Notes under the pieces: generated by a model
What the model was told of the DNA's origin: nothing
The model's input: the letters and a program-made list of their open reading frames with translations, nothing else
Databases searched by the model: none
DNA from: Azolla caroliniana
Lineage: Eukaryota; Plantae; Polypodiophyta
NCBI GenBank assembly: GCA_043228905.1
Contig: JBHGNT010000018.1
Coordinates: 5,084,001 to 5,148,000 of the forward strand
Direction of reading: 5' to 3'
Length of the DNA stretch: 64,000 nt
Part shown: positions 22,546 through 35,908 of the stretch, piece after piece
Layout: every line of letters begins with the position of its first letter
Numbering within the stretch: the first letter of the stretch is position 1
Translations under genes and position numbers: made by a program

Positions 22546-25500
22546 TCTTTGTAAGGGGACATGGTTATTTTAATTTTTGAACTAGTCCCACACTTTGGAA
22601 GAGGTTTTGCTTGATACATGTGGTCATGTTCCATGAATTGATTGTTATATTCAAAGAGATGGTGATGAGTAATCGTTGGGATAAATATTTGACAAGTTGT
22701 GTTTGGACAAGAGGTCGAGGATGGTGCAATTGAATCTCAATATTGGATTTTATGAGGTGGAACATTAATAAAGAGATATAATATTTTTCTTACACAATAA
22801 TTTTCATAACATTGCTTTACATATAGCATCTGAAGTAAAAATCATATGATTTTTTGACACAATGTTTTGAATCTACTCTCTCTATCAAAAACACATAGGG
22901 ATCAAATTCTTGGTATTTAGTACACTTAATGAGCAACATTAAATACTTGACACTTACAAACTTTTTCTTTTCTTTTAAAAAATGACACCGACAAACTTGA
23001 TGAATGCATTGTGAGCAGTGAATCAATATTTTGAATAATTCTATACTTAATATGTGTATACAAAGACATTGCAATTATTTTCGAAATGTGAACAATAACC
23101 TTTTCTTGGAATTTAAATACTAAAAAGTCTTGAAGCTTCTTTTGATATGGAAAAGGGATTAATTAACAACCTTCCTAATTTGTCGTGCTTGCATCCTTTA
23201 CACTCAAACAATTGAAGTTCTGTTTTTTAATATTTTGTGGTTGTTTTGGTTGCATTTCTACTTCATTGATAGAAGCAATATTGTAATTATTGATGGAATA
23301 ACGTGACTTGTTTTAATCCAAGATTGGCATTCCAACAACATAAATCGATAATGTAGATTCGTACTATTGATGTGTCATAAACTATTCCTAGGACTCTTAT
23401 AACATGTTTTAAATCATGCAATCATACACTTCATCATGACGATATTATATAATTTGGTGTACATGTTTTTTAATTGAATGAATTTTCACATAGTATCACA
23501 TTGAAGGAACCTTAAACAAACATAATGAAAACATATTTACCCATACTAGGAATGTTTTGGGAACAAGAACGTTAATTAAGGAATGGGAACCAAAATGGAT
23601 TGGGGAATAGGAATGCATAACATTCAAATTTGAAAGTTTGAAGAATGATACAAGAGGACTAACATATACAACCATAAAACATGTTTCATTATGTTACAAT
23701 GCTCAAAAGTTTTAGAACATTGTTAAAAAGACTAATGAAGACATAAATTACATAAGACAATGCATAGCAAAATAAGTTTGAATAGTGTCAATCCTTAAAT
23801 GTTCAAGTTTTATGTTAGAAATATATGTACAAGAACTAGGCAATACCATTCACATATGTATGTACATAGCAAAATAGAAATAGACATTTTCTTCATTTAC
23901 TTCCTAAGTCCGTCAATGTCCTCAATATCTTCTTCTTCTTCATGATTTGAGTGTTCTCCATTTCCGTCATCTTTGTCAACTAGAGGTGGAATACATTATT
24001 CATTGCATAAGGCGATAAAAATGCTCAGTCTAACACATAACAAGCTCTCTATTGATGAAGAGCAACAAGATTGTGATAGAATGTTTATGACCAATGCTTA
24101 CAATTCTTTGTTTTGTGAAGGGGTTGTTTACAAGTTTTATTATTACCAACAACAAAGATTGAAAGGGCTCTAGAGAGAAGTGATGTTGGTGTCCTTTTAC
24201 TCATGGGTAAGGCTTGCATATCTCAAAGACATACATGTTGATTGTAGGGAAAATATGGACATAGTTGTAGTGTGTACTTTGTAATGCATGATCATGTGGA
24301 TTTTGAATGTTTGCTTTCATGGAATTGTTGCTACTACTTTTGCATTTGTGAAATGTTTGCATAAATAGGGAAGTTATTTATGTTTCATTTATGCATCTCT
24401 ATAGTGATGTAGGTCCAATGCTTGTATGATATAGTTATAATGGCCTTGTCACAACCATGCTAAATCACATTATCTCTCCTCTCCACCAATAAATTACCAT
24501 TCACCTTGCATGACCTAAATATTATTCCAACTATTACACATTGGTAACGTCTACACTTCAATAAAGGGACTATATACTAATTCCTCACACATATCTATGA
24601 TATGTCATGGTCACATATCCAAACCGCCATTGTCCTTCCACCCCCTTGTCAGTGTTCATCAATTTTAAGGAGTGTTATCTTATCTTCCAAGAAGTAGCAT
24701 TTGCTTTATTGAATCTTTGATCCATTTGATTAGAATTGTAGGACAACAAACTTTAAACATTCTAGTATATGTGATAAAGTAATCAAAATGGTGATTAGAA
24801 GATCATTTTTGAGGAAATCTAGTTGAGGACACAAAATGTCGGATATTGGAAAGTTTATTGAATAATTATAAACTTATAATAACCCTCACGAGATATGCAA
24901 CCTTAGATATCAAATAATTTCATTTCTCTAAAGTTCTCCCAATGGGTGATTGAATATTTTTCATCACATATCCCCTTATATACCCACATTCGGGGAAGTC
25001 ACGACACACTAGATTTGAGTTTCAAAATTAAAATGTGTTTCTTTTCCTTGTGCCTTAGGTGGTGGTGTGATTTTCTAACTCTATGTCATCATAAATGCAT
25101 GTAGATGAGACATAATTGAACGAGACTATCAACGATTAAAGTCATTATGTTTTTGTATCTTGGAGTGAGCTCATGTGAAGTCGATATCAATTGATGATAT
25201 GTGATTAAGCCAGATGCAAATAAGTGCTCCAATACAATGGACATTACCATAATATGTGCCTAAAAGTTAGTTGCATTATTGCATATGAGCTCATGTGAAG
25301 TCAATATGCAAATAAAAGCTAGATCATGCAAGTACGTGCTCGTGCATGGTCTACATCACCATTCAAATGTGCAATCATGATGATATTCAAAGTTCTAAGT
25401 ACACTGATCGTACACCATGATCCAGGCAAAATGCAAAAGGCTCAAACTTTGGCCCACTCCACGTAAAGAAGTGCGAAAGCCAAGACTAGTCACCAGGAGA

Positions 25501-25803
25501 CCGAATGCGGATCATGAACGAAAAGCTCTCACATGGGGGAGAAATGAATGTACTTGCGGTAGCATGAAATGTGATAGGAAGAGGGTGACTTCCCAACAGA
25601 TTTCAAATGCACGTTTTACAAGATAAGATAGAGACAGGCATCCGAAAAGTCAACGCCTACACACAACACACTTCATGTACTTTGCCTACAAATATGTGTT
25701 TCACATACCAAGCTTATATGCCCCCTACCAATCCCTCCCTATCTTGAGCCCTTGTTCTAACCTCTCCTTGTTGCCTAGGTTAAATCTCATCTCAATTGCC
25801 GCG

Positions 25804-26727
25804 ATGGCCCCGCATATCCTCATGGAACTCTCAATACTCTCTATGTTGGTTGTGGCATTCCAGGTCGGGGCTGCCGATCTCCCGAAAGGAGTTAACCTCT
25901 CCTTCACTCACTTCCCCCGCTCCGGATCCCCTCTCAATTGTAGCACCGATGGAGAAGCTACCGCCGGATTAGACATTGGCCCCGACAGAATATGCTTTGT
26001 CAGTGAAACCGGAAAGCCCGTCATCTTCTCGGCCCCGTCCGTCCTCTCGGTTCGCTACCAATACCTAAAGAAGGTCCAGCTCTGGTCCGCGAAGAAGATC
26101 AAGTCCCAAGCTGTCTCCTTCTCCACCTCATATGTGATCGAGTTCCGGAGGAACAGCGATAGGCGTGAGTCCGGGAACTTCTTCTCGTTCGGAGGCGGGT
26201 GGGCTTTCGCCATCACTCCTGACCAACGTGTGGGCGCTTCCGGCCCCGAGAGCCTCGGGCTCTTCGAGATCAACCCGAAGACCGGGAAATCTCTTCGTGG
26301 CAAGAAGACCAAGACGGTGGCGATCGAGCTCGACATCTCGCGCTTCTCGGCCGATGTCACTTTCCCGGACCCCCAGATCCCACATGTCGGCCTCGACATC
26401 AACAGCGTCAAATCCATTGTGACGAGGCCAATCGGAAACTTCACAAAATTTGTTGACCGTCCGATCGCCGTCTTCATCGACTACGATGCAACAAAAAGTC
26501 AACTCCAAGTGCGCGTGCAGAAGCTTAGTGGTAGTGACACTAGCCGTAGTTTCCCCGACAAGAAGAAGGCCAAGCTCTACTTGTCATATGCGCCCCTCCG
26601 GTTGTCGGACCTAGTTGACGAGTATTCATATGTCGGATTCTCGTCACGTATCCCCGAAGACGAGGATGGCGCCTACTTGCTCTCATCATGGAAATTCTCC
26701 ACGAAATGGGTGTCGCTTCGCACCTAG
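25804..26727 (+). CDS. Secreted legume (L-type) lectin-domain protein, copy 3 (inverted relative to copies 1 and 2). ATG 25804 is preferred over the 25675 start in the ORF track.
   Basis: MAPHILMELSILSMLVVAFQVGAA signal peptide, then LPKGVNLSFT and the same legB motifs. 307 aa. Confidence 0.9.
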   Translation: MAPHILMELSILSMLVVAFQVGAADLPKGVNLSFTHFPRSGSPLNCSTDGEATAGLDIGPDRICFVSETGKPVIFSAPSVLSVRYQYLKKVQLWSAKKIKSQAVSFSTSYVIEFRRNSDRRESGNFFSFGGGWAFAITPDQRVGASGPESLGLFEINPKTGKSLRGKKTKTVAIELDISRFSADVTFPDPQIPHVGLDINSVKSIVTRPIGNFTKFVDRPIAVFIDYDATKSQLQVRVQKLSGSDTSRSFPDKKKAKLYLSYAPLRLSDLVDEYSYVGFSSRIPEDEDGAYLLSSWKFSTKWVSLRT

Positions 26728-27759
26728 TTTGTGTTGATACGAAATGTCGTCCACATTCTAGTTTGCGTTACGACACATTGCCATCCACATTCTAGTTTCT
26801 CGAATAATTGATCTACATTGATGATTTTTAAGTTAAATTAGTTGTTCCAAATAAATAATTATATACAAAATGGTGCACTTAATCTACTTGGATTTGAATT
26901 CTACCACTCATGAATGATAAACATTCTCATATTGTCTTTTCAGTCAATTTTTTGAAATCATTTGAATAGATCGTCGAAAGAAAAAACATGTAACTTTGAG
27001 ATCCATATCTATGTAAAAGTACCCACATCTTTATGAGAGACGAAGCAATAAAAAGGACCCTAGGTATTTCCAATATTACCATTCGCTCGGTATTTACAAC
27101 CTACATGCCCTCCTTGAAATTGTCATGATGTCTACTTAGGAACTTCAATGTAATTTTCGTGTAACAAAACTCAAATTTATTAGACGAGAAATCTCTATTT
27201 ATATGGATTCCTGTGAAAGTTAATGACATGGGTGGATTAATATTTAATGTGTTTCACAAATACAATAGAAGAAAACAAAATGTTAGTGACATGGATGGTA
27301 CATTCACAAGCTCCAAGTATATCACTTGCCAATGCCATGTTTAGAGTGTGTTTGGATGATGGTTGCCATGCATCTACTGATCATATATTGATAACTTAAT
27401 AAAAAGTTCGGAAACATGTCATACGACATGTTACTATAAAAAACCATATTACATCCTAGTTCATCGTAGCATTGTGACTTTATGACAACATATAAGAAAA
27501 AGTGATGAATGGAAATCGTCAAGGCTTTTATTATATGAATGGTACAAGATTCATTTGAATAATCATCAAAATATATCTTATAATTAAAAAAATCATTAAT
27601 TATTATTACATATAATAATAATTAGGGAAGTTTGCAAAATATGTTATTGTTTTTTTTATGTTTTGAAATGGCCATGCAAGTAAACCTTGAACGCAGTAAA
27701 GAGAATGGATCTGATGATTATTGGTGTGAAAATAGGTTATGGCTCAACAACATAGTAAA

Positions 27760-29886
27760 ACAATAAAATCGACGAGACCTTCGCCCCGGTAGCGAAGATG
27801 ATGACGGTTCATATGGTATTGGCGGTTGCTGCGACAAGGGGCTGGCATCTTCACCAGATGGACGTGAAGAATGTGTTTCTCCAAGGTGACCTTGAAGAAC
27901 AGGTCTATATGATCCAACCTCCCGGTTTTCAATCAGAGATGAACAAGTCGGCAATGTGCCGGCTCAAGAAGTCGCTTTACGGTCTGAAACAAGCCCCCCG
28001 AGCTTGGAATGCGAAGATCACGCACCGGTTGCATAAGATGGGGTTTGTGACCTCTAAATCCGACTCGTTGTTGTTCATTCGGCAAGGTCCGGACGGTCTG
28101 GTTTGCATCCTACTTTATGTTGATGATTTAGTCATCACCGGACCCGGACTCAATGAAATCGGCTGAGTAAAGTCCCAGATGTCAGACGCATTTGAAATGA
28201 AGTACCTGGGGAACCTTCATTATTTTCTTGGGATCGAGGTGATCCGAACCCCCGACGGCATATTGCTCTCACAACGACACTATGTGTTGAATATGTTGTA
28301 CAAGTTCGGTATGACGGAGTGTCGACCTATCTCCACACCCCAAAACCAGAACCAGAATCTCTGTCCCAACTCTGGATTGGCCTGCGAGGAGCAACGGTTC
28401 CGAAAAATCGTCGAAAGCCTGATATACTTGATGATCACTCGACCCGACCTCAGTTACGCAGTCAGAGTGATCAACAGAAGCCGACCGTCGAGCACCTTCA
28501 GTGTGCACACGGAATACTCTGGTATGTGAGCAGCAAAAAGGACCGGGGACTGTTATACCGGCATGGTATAACCGAAGAACTAGTCAGATATACAGATGCC
28601 GACTGGGCTAGTGATGCATCGGATCGCTGATCCACCTCCGGTTACATGTTTTCTTTGGGTAGCACGACTGTTGTGTGGAGTAGCAAAAAGCAGCCAATAG
28701 TGGCTCTGTCGAGCACTGAGGCTAAATACTGGGACGCTACCAATACCACCTATGAAGCTATCTGGTTTCGACGACTGCTGCAAGACCTGCGGATTGAGGT
28801 CCCGACCTCGATCCTGCTCTATTTAGACAACATGAGCAACATTCAGCTTGCCAAGAACCCCGTGTTCCATGCTTGGACGAAGTAGATAGAAGTCCACTAT
28901 CACTTTGTGCGTGAGGAAGCTCAACCGGATCTGAATCGGCTGAATAAGCCAGAGCCGGATCAGTATCCAGAAACAACCAGCTGGATCGGAGAGTTGGATT
29001 CAAGCGGGAACCGGACGCTTAGTAGTAGCCTAGACTACTAGGTAATCATTGTCTCATAGTTAGTGTTAGTCGCACTTGTGAGCATTGAAGTACCTGTCAG
29101 CCCTTTATGGACTTGTATAAATAGTGTTGTTTAGCACGTTGTATACATAGAGTTTTAGAGTTTTTTTTTAATATAGTTTTATGTCTCCTCTGTGTTTGAA
29201 GCTTTTCCATTAAACCTTCATCTCATTTTCTGTTGCTATCCGACTGATCCGGTTCTGTCTGACGCTTCTGCACATTAACATTCACACAGAGGAATGTGAA
29301 GCTTGCTACCGACTAAGAAGCTTGATAGGAGCAACTACGCATCTTGGTCGTACAAGATGCACTAGTACATGCTTGGTCATGACTACTAGAGTTATGTCGA
29401 TGGAGCTAATGATGTAGCACCCGAATCGACACATAGAGACTTTTCGGCTTGGGAACAAGCGGCAAGCATAGTTCTTTACTGCTTCGCGTCCTGTGTGAGC
29501 GACCAACTCTTGAGCTACATTCGGGATGCTAAGACGCCAAAGGACGCGTGGGCGAATCTCAAGAGGATTTTCGCCACTAGCACAACGGCCAGGAAGCTGC
29601 AACTCAGGTAGGAGCTCAGCAATGTCCGACAGAAAGATCTTTCCATGGGCCAAATGAGGGGTTTAGGTAGTGGAGACTCGACCGTGTTATCCCCGCTTAA
29701 AGAACCAAGGAGACGGTTTACATGTAAAGAAAAAGGGAAGAAGAAAATGTCGGAATATGATTTCGGCAGTGTTGAGTCAGATCGGAGCAAGACTGATTTC
29801 GGGCCAATCGAAAAGGAATCTCCATGGAAGAAGTCGAAACCGGCCGAAAAGGTCGTGAAATCGGGTAATCACGAATTACTTCGATC
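27760..29886 (+). mobile_element. Copia family A, deleted copy A0: RT-RNaseH (27760-28912), LTR remnant (~28916-29280), gag fragment (~29290-29640), INT-RT linker fragment (29645-29886)
   Basis: QMDVKN, YGLKQAPRAW, LYVDDL, YTDADWA and SSTEA motifs with stops. The LTR matches 44845-45278. Confidence 0.85.
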
Positions 29887-32049
29887 TGTTAGGATTTCGG
29901 TCCCTCCGGATGGGATATGAGTACCCGACAAGGAAGTCCAGTGAGAACCGGATGATGAGTACCCAACAAGGAAGACCCGGTGAGAACCGGATGATGAGTA
30001 CCCGACAAGGAAGACCCAGTGAGAACCGGATGACGCAGGCTCGGTGAGAACCTCTCACCGGATGAAGGGACATATATGGAAATATGTTCCTGAGAGCCCA
30101 TTGGGGCTATATCTGCAAATAGTCCTAATTTCATATTAGTATAAATATGACCTAGGGCAAACAGAGTGTGTGTGTATCATAGTGTTGTCATTATTTTGTA
30201 TAGTGTTATTGGTGTAACTGTTGTACAAAGTGTAGTAGAGGGAAAGAGAGAGTGAGAGAGAGGGAGACAGAGTGAGTCTCTGTTGTAACCGCCGCCAAGC
30301 AAAGATCGTGAGCACGAGGTCGCTGCCTCCGTGTTTATCTGTTGTATTCCTCTCGACATAGTGATAGTTGGAGTTAGTGAACTCCCGTGGTTTTTCCCAT
30401 TTAGGGTTTTTCACGAAAACATATTGTGTACTCTTTTTTTCAGTGTTTTGTGTATACGTGTATCTATCTCTACATTCCCATTTCTGTGATTGTAATTCTC
30501 AACGAAGTGATCAAAGACTCGGTTGTGGCCGATCAATATTCCGCATATTCTCATCAATCTAGTATGAGAGCGAAACAACACAGAAAATGGAAGATTCATT
30601 TGGTGGCATATTCAAGCTCACCGACTCCAACTACTCAGTGTGGAAGTCGAAGATGAGGGACATGCTCGTGGTCGAAGATCTCTGGTTGTCGGTTCAGTTC
30701 GGGGACAAGAGACCGGACAAGATCGACGCCACAATGTGGGAGGCGATGCACATGAAGACAACAACTTACATCCGGTGCTTCATCGACATGAGCCTGTACA
30801 ACAACTTCAATGAAGAGAGCAAGGCTCATGAGCTCTGGGAAAAGATCGGCATTATGTTTCAGAATAAAAATGTTGTTAATCGGGTTTCGGTATTTCGGAA
30901 GCTAGTGAGGCTCTGATACCAAGACGACTCCAGTATGGCGGAGCACATGAATGCCTTCCAGGGGCTGATTCACCAAGCAACCTCGTTGGAAGTACCTCTC
31001 GTCAATTAGGTACATGCTCTACTCCTGTTCGGTTCCCTCCCGGATAGCTGGGAGACGTTAGTTGTCACTTTGGGCAACGCCGGGTCGGAAGGAAAATAGT
31101 TATCCCTAGCAAGAGTCAAGTCGAGCTTGCTAGATGAGGAGGTGTGTTGGAAAGACAAGGATACGAGCTCCGACTCCAAAGCGCTCCTTACCGAATCAGA
31201 ACGTGGAAGACAAAGGAATCAGAGTCTCCAGAATCGGGAAAAGTCGGGGACACGATCAAAGTCAAGGGGGAGGCCCACTTACTTCTATTGCGGCAAGCCA
31301 AGGCACTTCCAAAAGAACTGTTGGCATTTTCGGAAAGACAAGGGAACCGATAGTACTGATTCGAAGAAGTCACTGGACCGAAATAGTTTGGATCGGCAAG
31401 GACCGGACCGGAAGGGAATGACGGCAATCGCAGCAAGTGAAGAAGAGTTGATGCTCATCACCTAGGAGAGTGAGTTGAACCTTGCCGGCGATGAGACAAC
31501 GTGGGTAGTCGACTCCGGAGCGTCGTTCCACCTCACCCCGGACCGAAAATGCTTCTCATCCTACACAACCGGTGAGCACGACTGTGTCTAGATGGGGAAT
31601 GAAGGTACATGCTGAATTATCGGCATCGGAGATGTGCTGTTGACGACATCAACCGGATGCAAGTTGCTGCTGAAGGATGTCCGACACATTCCGGAGGTTC
31701 AACTGAACCTAATATCAGCCGGTCGGCTAGATGATGAAGGCTACACAGGTAGCATTTGGAACGGTGTCATGAAGTTCTGCAAAGGGAGCCTAATAGTGGC
31801 TTGGGCCCGGTAAGTCAACACGCTGTTCTAATGAATGCCCGGTTATGCTGGGAAGACGTGAACGTAGCATCCGGCACTACCGGTGAGCTGTGGCACAAGA
31901 GACTGTGTCACATGAGTGAGAAGGGGATGAAGAGGCTTGCCGAAGACAACCTCATTTCGGTGACGGACATGCATCTTGAGAGGTGCACCGACTTCCTGGC
32001 TAGTAAGCAAAACCGGACCTCCTTCCGATCAAGGCCACCGATGAGACGT

Positions 32050-32293
32050 TGTCGTAAAGATTTTCGGCGATAGTGTGGAAATTGTAAGGAACATTCGAAA
32101 TCGAGTGTGGCTCTTCTCACGAGAAAAACAAAACAATAATAGTGAAGATAATATTTTGAATAAGTTTAATATCTAGGTACAAGAAGATGGAGGTCTTCAA
32201 GAGCTTTCCAATGTGCTTTACCACATAAAAAACGGACATCTAAGTGACAAGTTATGTGGGAGTGAAGTATGAGAAGGATTTAGGGTTTACGGT
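32050..32293 (+). mobile_element. Truncated foreign LTR fragment inside the B1 integrase region
   Basis: Starts TGTCGTAAAGATTTTCG, resembling the start of solo LTR C (TGTCGTGAAGAATTTCG). Its right end is lost together with ~33 bp of B1 sequence. Confidence 0.55.
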
Positions 32294-33418
32294 CAAGTGG
32301 ACACGACGTCACATGCCGGATCGCTGTACTTCGTGACGTTCATAGATGACCACAGTCGGAAGCTGTGGGCCACAACGTTGAAGACGAAGGATCAGGTGTT
32401 ATCCGTCTTTAAGGAGCTCCACGCGAGGGTGGAAAGAGAAATCGGCCGGAAGCTGAAGGCGGTTCGAGCAGATAACAGAAGAGAATATCGGGGGCAGTTC
32501 GAGGAGTATTGCTGCTCAAAGGGAATCCGGCTCGAATTTACCGTGCCGAAGACACCGACACTCAATGGGCTGGCCGAGAGGATGAACCGGACCATAATGG
32601 AGAGGGTCTGGAGTATGTTGGGACATGCCAAGTTACCCAAGACGTTTTGGGCTGAGGCGTTGATGATAGCGACGTACGTGATAAACAGATCACCCTCAGT
32701 ACCCTTGGACGGAGACACGTCGTAGAGAGTGTGGACCGGTAAGGAATTGTCTTACCGGCATCTGAAGGTGTTCGGGTGTCTCGCTTACGTGCATGTGGCA
32801 AAGGACGGGAGAGCAAAGTTGGATCCAAAGTCTCGGCTTTGCATATTCCTCGGATATGGCGATGATGAGTTCGGCTACCGAGTGTGGGACCCCGTTGATA
32901 AGAAGGTGTTCTGGAGTCGAGATATTATCTTCATGGAGGACAAGACCCTTGCCGAGTGGGAGTCGGAGAAGAAGATAATGAACTCCGAGTCGACCAGTAA
33001 GAATCAGACCGATGAGATTCGGACTTACTCGGCTAAGAGCCGGTTGAAACTCGAAGAACCGGCCGGTTACGGTAAGGATACCGAACCGGCAGAAGAAGGA
33101 GAGGAAGCTGAAACCGGAATCAGACAAGACCCCGAATCAGATTCGGATGAAGAACGGACATAAGAGCCGGTTACCGAAAACCGAGGACGGACATATCCTC
33201 TCAGAGAAAGAAGAGCCCCTCAGAGATTTCTGGATGCAGAGCATGTGTTGCTGACCGATGAGGGGGAGCCGGAAAGCTTTGAAGAAGCAAAGGATGACAC
33301 CCATAGCCGCAAGTGATTGAGTGCCATGCAAGACGAGATGGATTCTCTGCATGAGAACCACATGTATGAATTGGTGGAGTTGCCGAAAAGAAAGAAGGCA
33401 CTCCGAAACAAGTGGGTG

Positions 33419-33687
33419 TGCGTTCTAGACCGTGAGGTCAATACAAGGAGTGTGAACAGTATACAATCGGTGGGTGAATGTGAGATTAAGAGTGAGAATT
33501 ATAGAGAGAGAGAGATATGTACAAAGTTTATAGAGAGAGAAATAGACTAAAAACTAATTCATATTAAGAAACTTAAAAAGTAATACAAAGAAATGGTCGA
33601 TGTGGCAAACTAGTTTCGGTCCTAAGGAGCTCATCAGTGCACATGACCATATAGAATTGGAGGGGTTTATATAGAGAAGATAAGGGA

Positions 33688-33763
<76 letters not shown>

Positions 33764-34173
33764 TGTGTGTGTGTTCAAATTTGATGATGTAGGAGATATG
33801 GGGTTTGATATATTTGGTGTGGGATAGAAGATTTTATGGGCTTATTTGAAAAACATGTAGGGGAGTGTGAGAGAGAAAGAGAGAGGAAGGGTAGGAGAGA
33901 AGTGTGTGAGGTGGGAGTTAGGGATTGTGAAGTATGTTAGATTGTATGGAGATCTTTGAAAAAAGGAGGGGGGTAGGAAGAATTGGAGGGTAGATTGGAA
34001 ATTAAAGTGGAGGAGGAAAGGGTAGAGTAAGATTAAGAAGAATGAAAGGGGGAGGGGTACGAGAAAATTACTAAAAGAGGGAGGGGTATGAATGTAATTC
34101 TAGAAAAAAGGAAGGGGGAAAGGGGTAGATTGAAATTAGTGAACGAGACAGGGGTAGAGTAAATTGACAAAGT
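33419..34173. mobile_element. Unclassified purine-rich insertion with (GT)n(GA)n in the B1 RT
   Basis: Interrupts KWV|YK..GNPPRYKAR and replaces ~24 bp that are present in B2. No TSD. Confidence 0.55.
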
Positions 34174-35908
34174 GGGCAACCCCCCGAGATACAAAGCCAG
34201 GATTGTGGTGAAGGGGTTCCAACAGAAGAAGGGTGTAGACTTCGACGAGATATTTGCCCCGGTAGTAAAGATGACTTCCATTCGGACGGTGTTGAGCATA
34301 GCGGCAAGCATGGACCTCGAGGTAGAGCAGTTAGACGTGAAGATGGCGTTCCTCCACGATGACCTCGAAGAGGAGATCTACATGCAACAACCAGAAGGAT
34401 TTGTGAAGAAAGGGAAGGAGCACCTTGTTTGCTAGTTGAAGAAGAGCCTATACGGACTAAAGCAAGCTCCCCAGCAATGGTACAGGAAGTTTGACTCCTT
34501 CATGACCGATCAAGGGTACCACAAGACGTAGGCCGATCACTGCGTGTTTGTGAAGAAGTTTGAAGGTGGAGACTTCCTGATACTCCTCCTGTACGTGGAC
34601 GACATGTTGATCGTCGGACGAGACCAAGTCAAGATACGGACACTGAAGAAGGCTCTGAGCCGAACCTTCTCAATGAAAGACTTGGGTCTGGCAAGACAGA
34701 TACTAGGGATGCATATCATCTGGGACCGGTCAACGAAGCAATTGTGGGTGTCACAAGAGAAGTACCTCACAAAGGTGCTTCAACGGCTCAACATGTCAGA
34801 TGCAAAACCGGTCGGATTGACACTCCCGACAAACTACAGGTTATCCGGTAAGAAAATCCCAAAGACGAAGGCAAAGAAGACGGATATGATGAAGATACCA
34901 TATGCCTCTGTCGTTGGGTGCTTAATGTACGCAATGGTGTGTACCCGACTGGATATCGGATATGCAGTCGAAGTGGTGAGCCGGTTTATGAGCAATCCCG
35001 GCAAGGAGCATTGGAATGTGGTAAAATGGATACTCCGGTACTTGAAAGGCACCTCAAGTATGTGTCTCCGATTCGGCTCCGGTAAACCCCAACTTGACGG
35101 TTTCACCGATTCAGATATGTCGGCTGATGCGGATACTAGCCGATCAACATCGGGATATGTTATGACATATGCAGGGGGAGTTGTTTCGTGGCAGTCGAGG
35201 CTGTAGAAGACGGTTGCGTTGTCAACCACGGAGGTGGAGTACATGGCAGCTGTGGAAGCCGGCAAGGAAATACTATGGATGAAGGACTTCATTAAAGAGC
35301 TAGGGATTCGACAGAGGAATATCGGCTCTACTGCGACAATCAGAGTGCCATCCACCTTGCAAAGAACGTTGCCTATCATTCCAGGACAAAGCACATCCAA
35401 CACAGGTACCACTGGATTCGGGAGTGAGTAGAAGATTGGGAGTTTGCGTTGACAAAAATCCACACGGAGGAGAACGAGTCAAATATGCTAACCAAAGTGC
35501 TAACACCTGACAAGCTAGATGCATGCAGGAAGAGGATCAGATTGACGAGGCATCCCATGCCGGAGTGAAGGGGAGTTTGTTAGGATTTCGGTCCCTCCAG
35601 ATGGGATATGAGTACCCGGGAAGGAAGACCCGGTGAGAACCGGATGATGAGTACCTAGCAAGGAAGACCCGGTGAGAACCGGATGATGAGTACCCGACAA
35701 GGAAGACCCGGTGAGAACTGGATGATGAGTACCCGTCAAGGAAGACCTAGTGAGAACCAGATAATGAGTACCCGACAAGGAAGACCTGGTGAGAACCGGA
35801 TGACGCAAGCCTGGTGAGAACCTCTCACTGGATGAAGGGACATATATGGAAATATGTTCTTGAGAGCCCATTGGGGCTATATCTGTAAATAGTCCTAATG
35901 TCATATTA

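Noticed and set aside
22560-24500. Possible DNA-transposon (MULE/hAT) remnants
   Set aside because: Only vague coding-like patches. No TIR/TSD pair was verified.
25675-25803. 43-aa N-terminal extension of lectin copy 3
   Set aside because: The region aligns positionally with the promoter and 5' UTR of the paralogs. The signal peptide begins at ATG 25804.
9195-26508. Long antisense and alternate-frame ORFs over the three lectin genes (e.g. 20223-20834 +, 203 aa)
   Set aside because: These are shadow ORFs expected from GC-rich codon usage. Their similarity to each other simply mirrors the sense paralogy.
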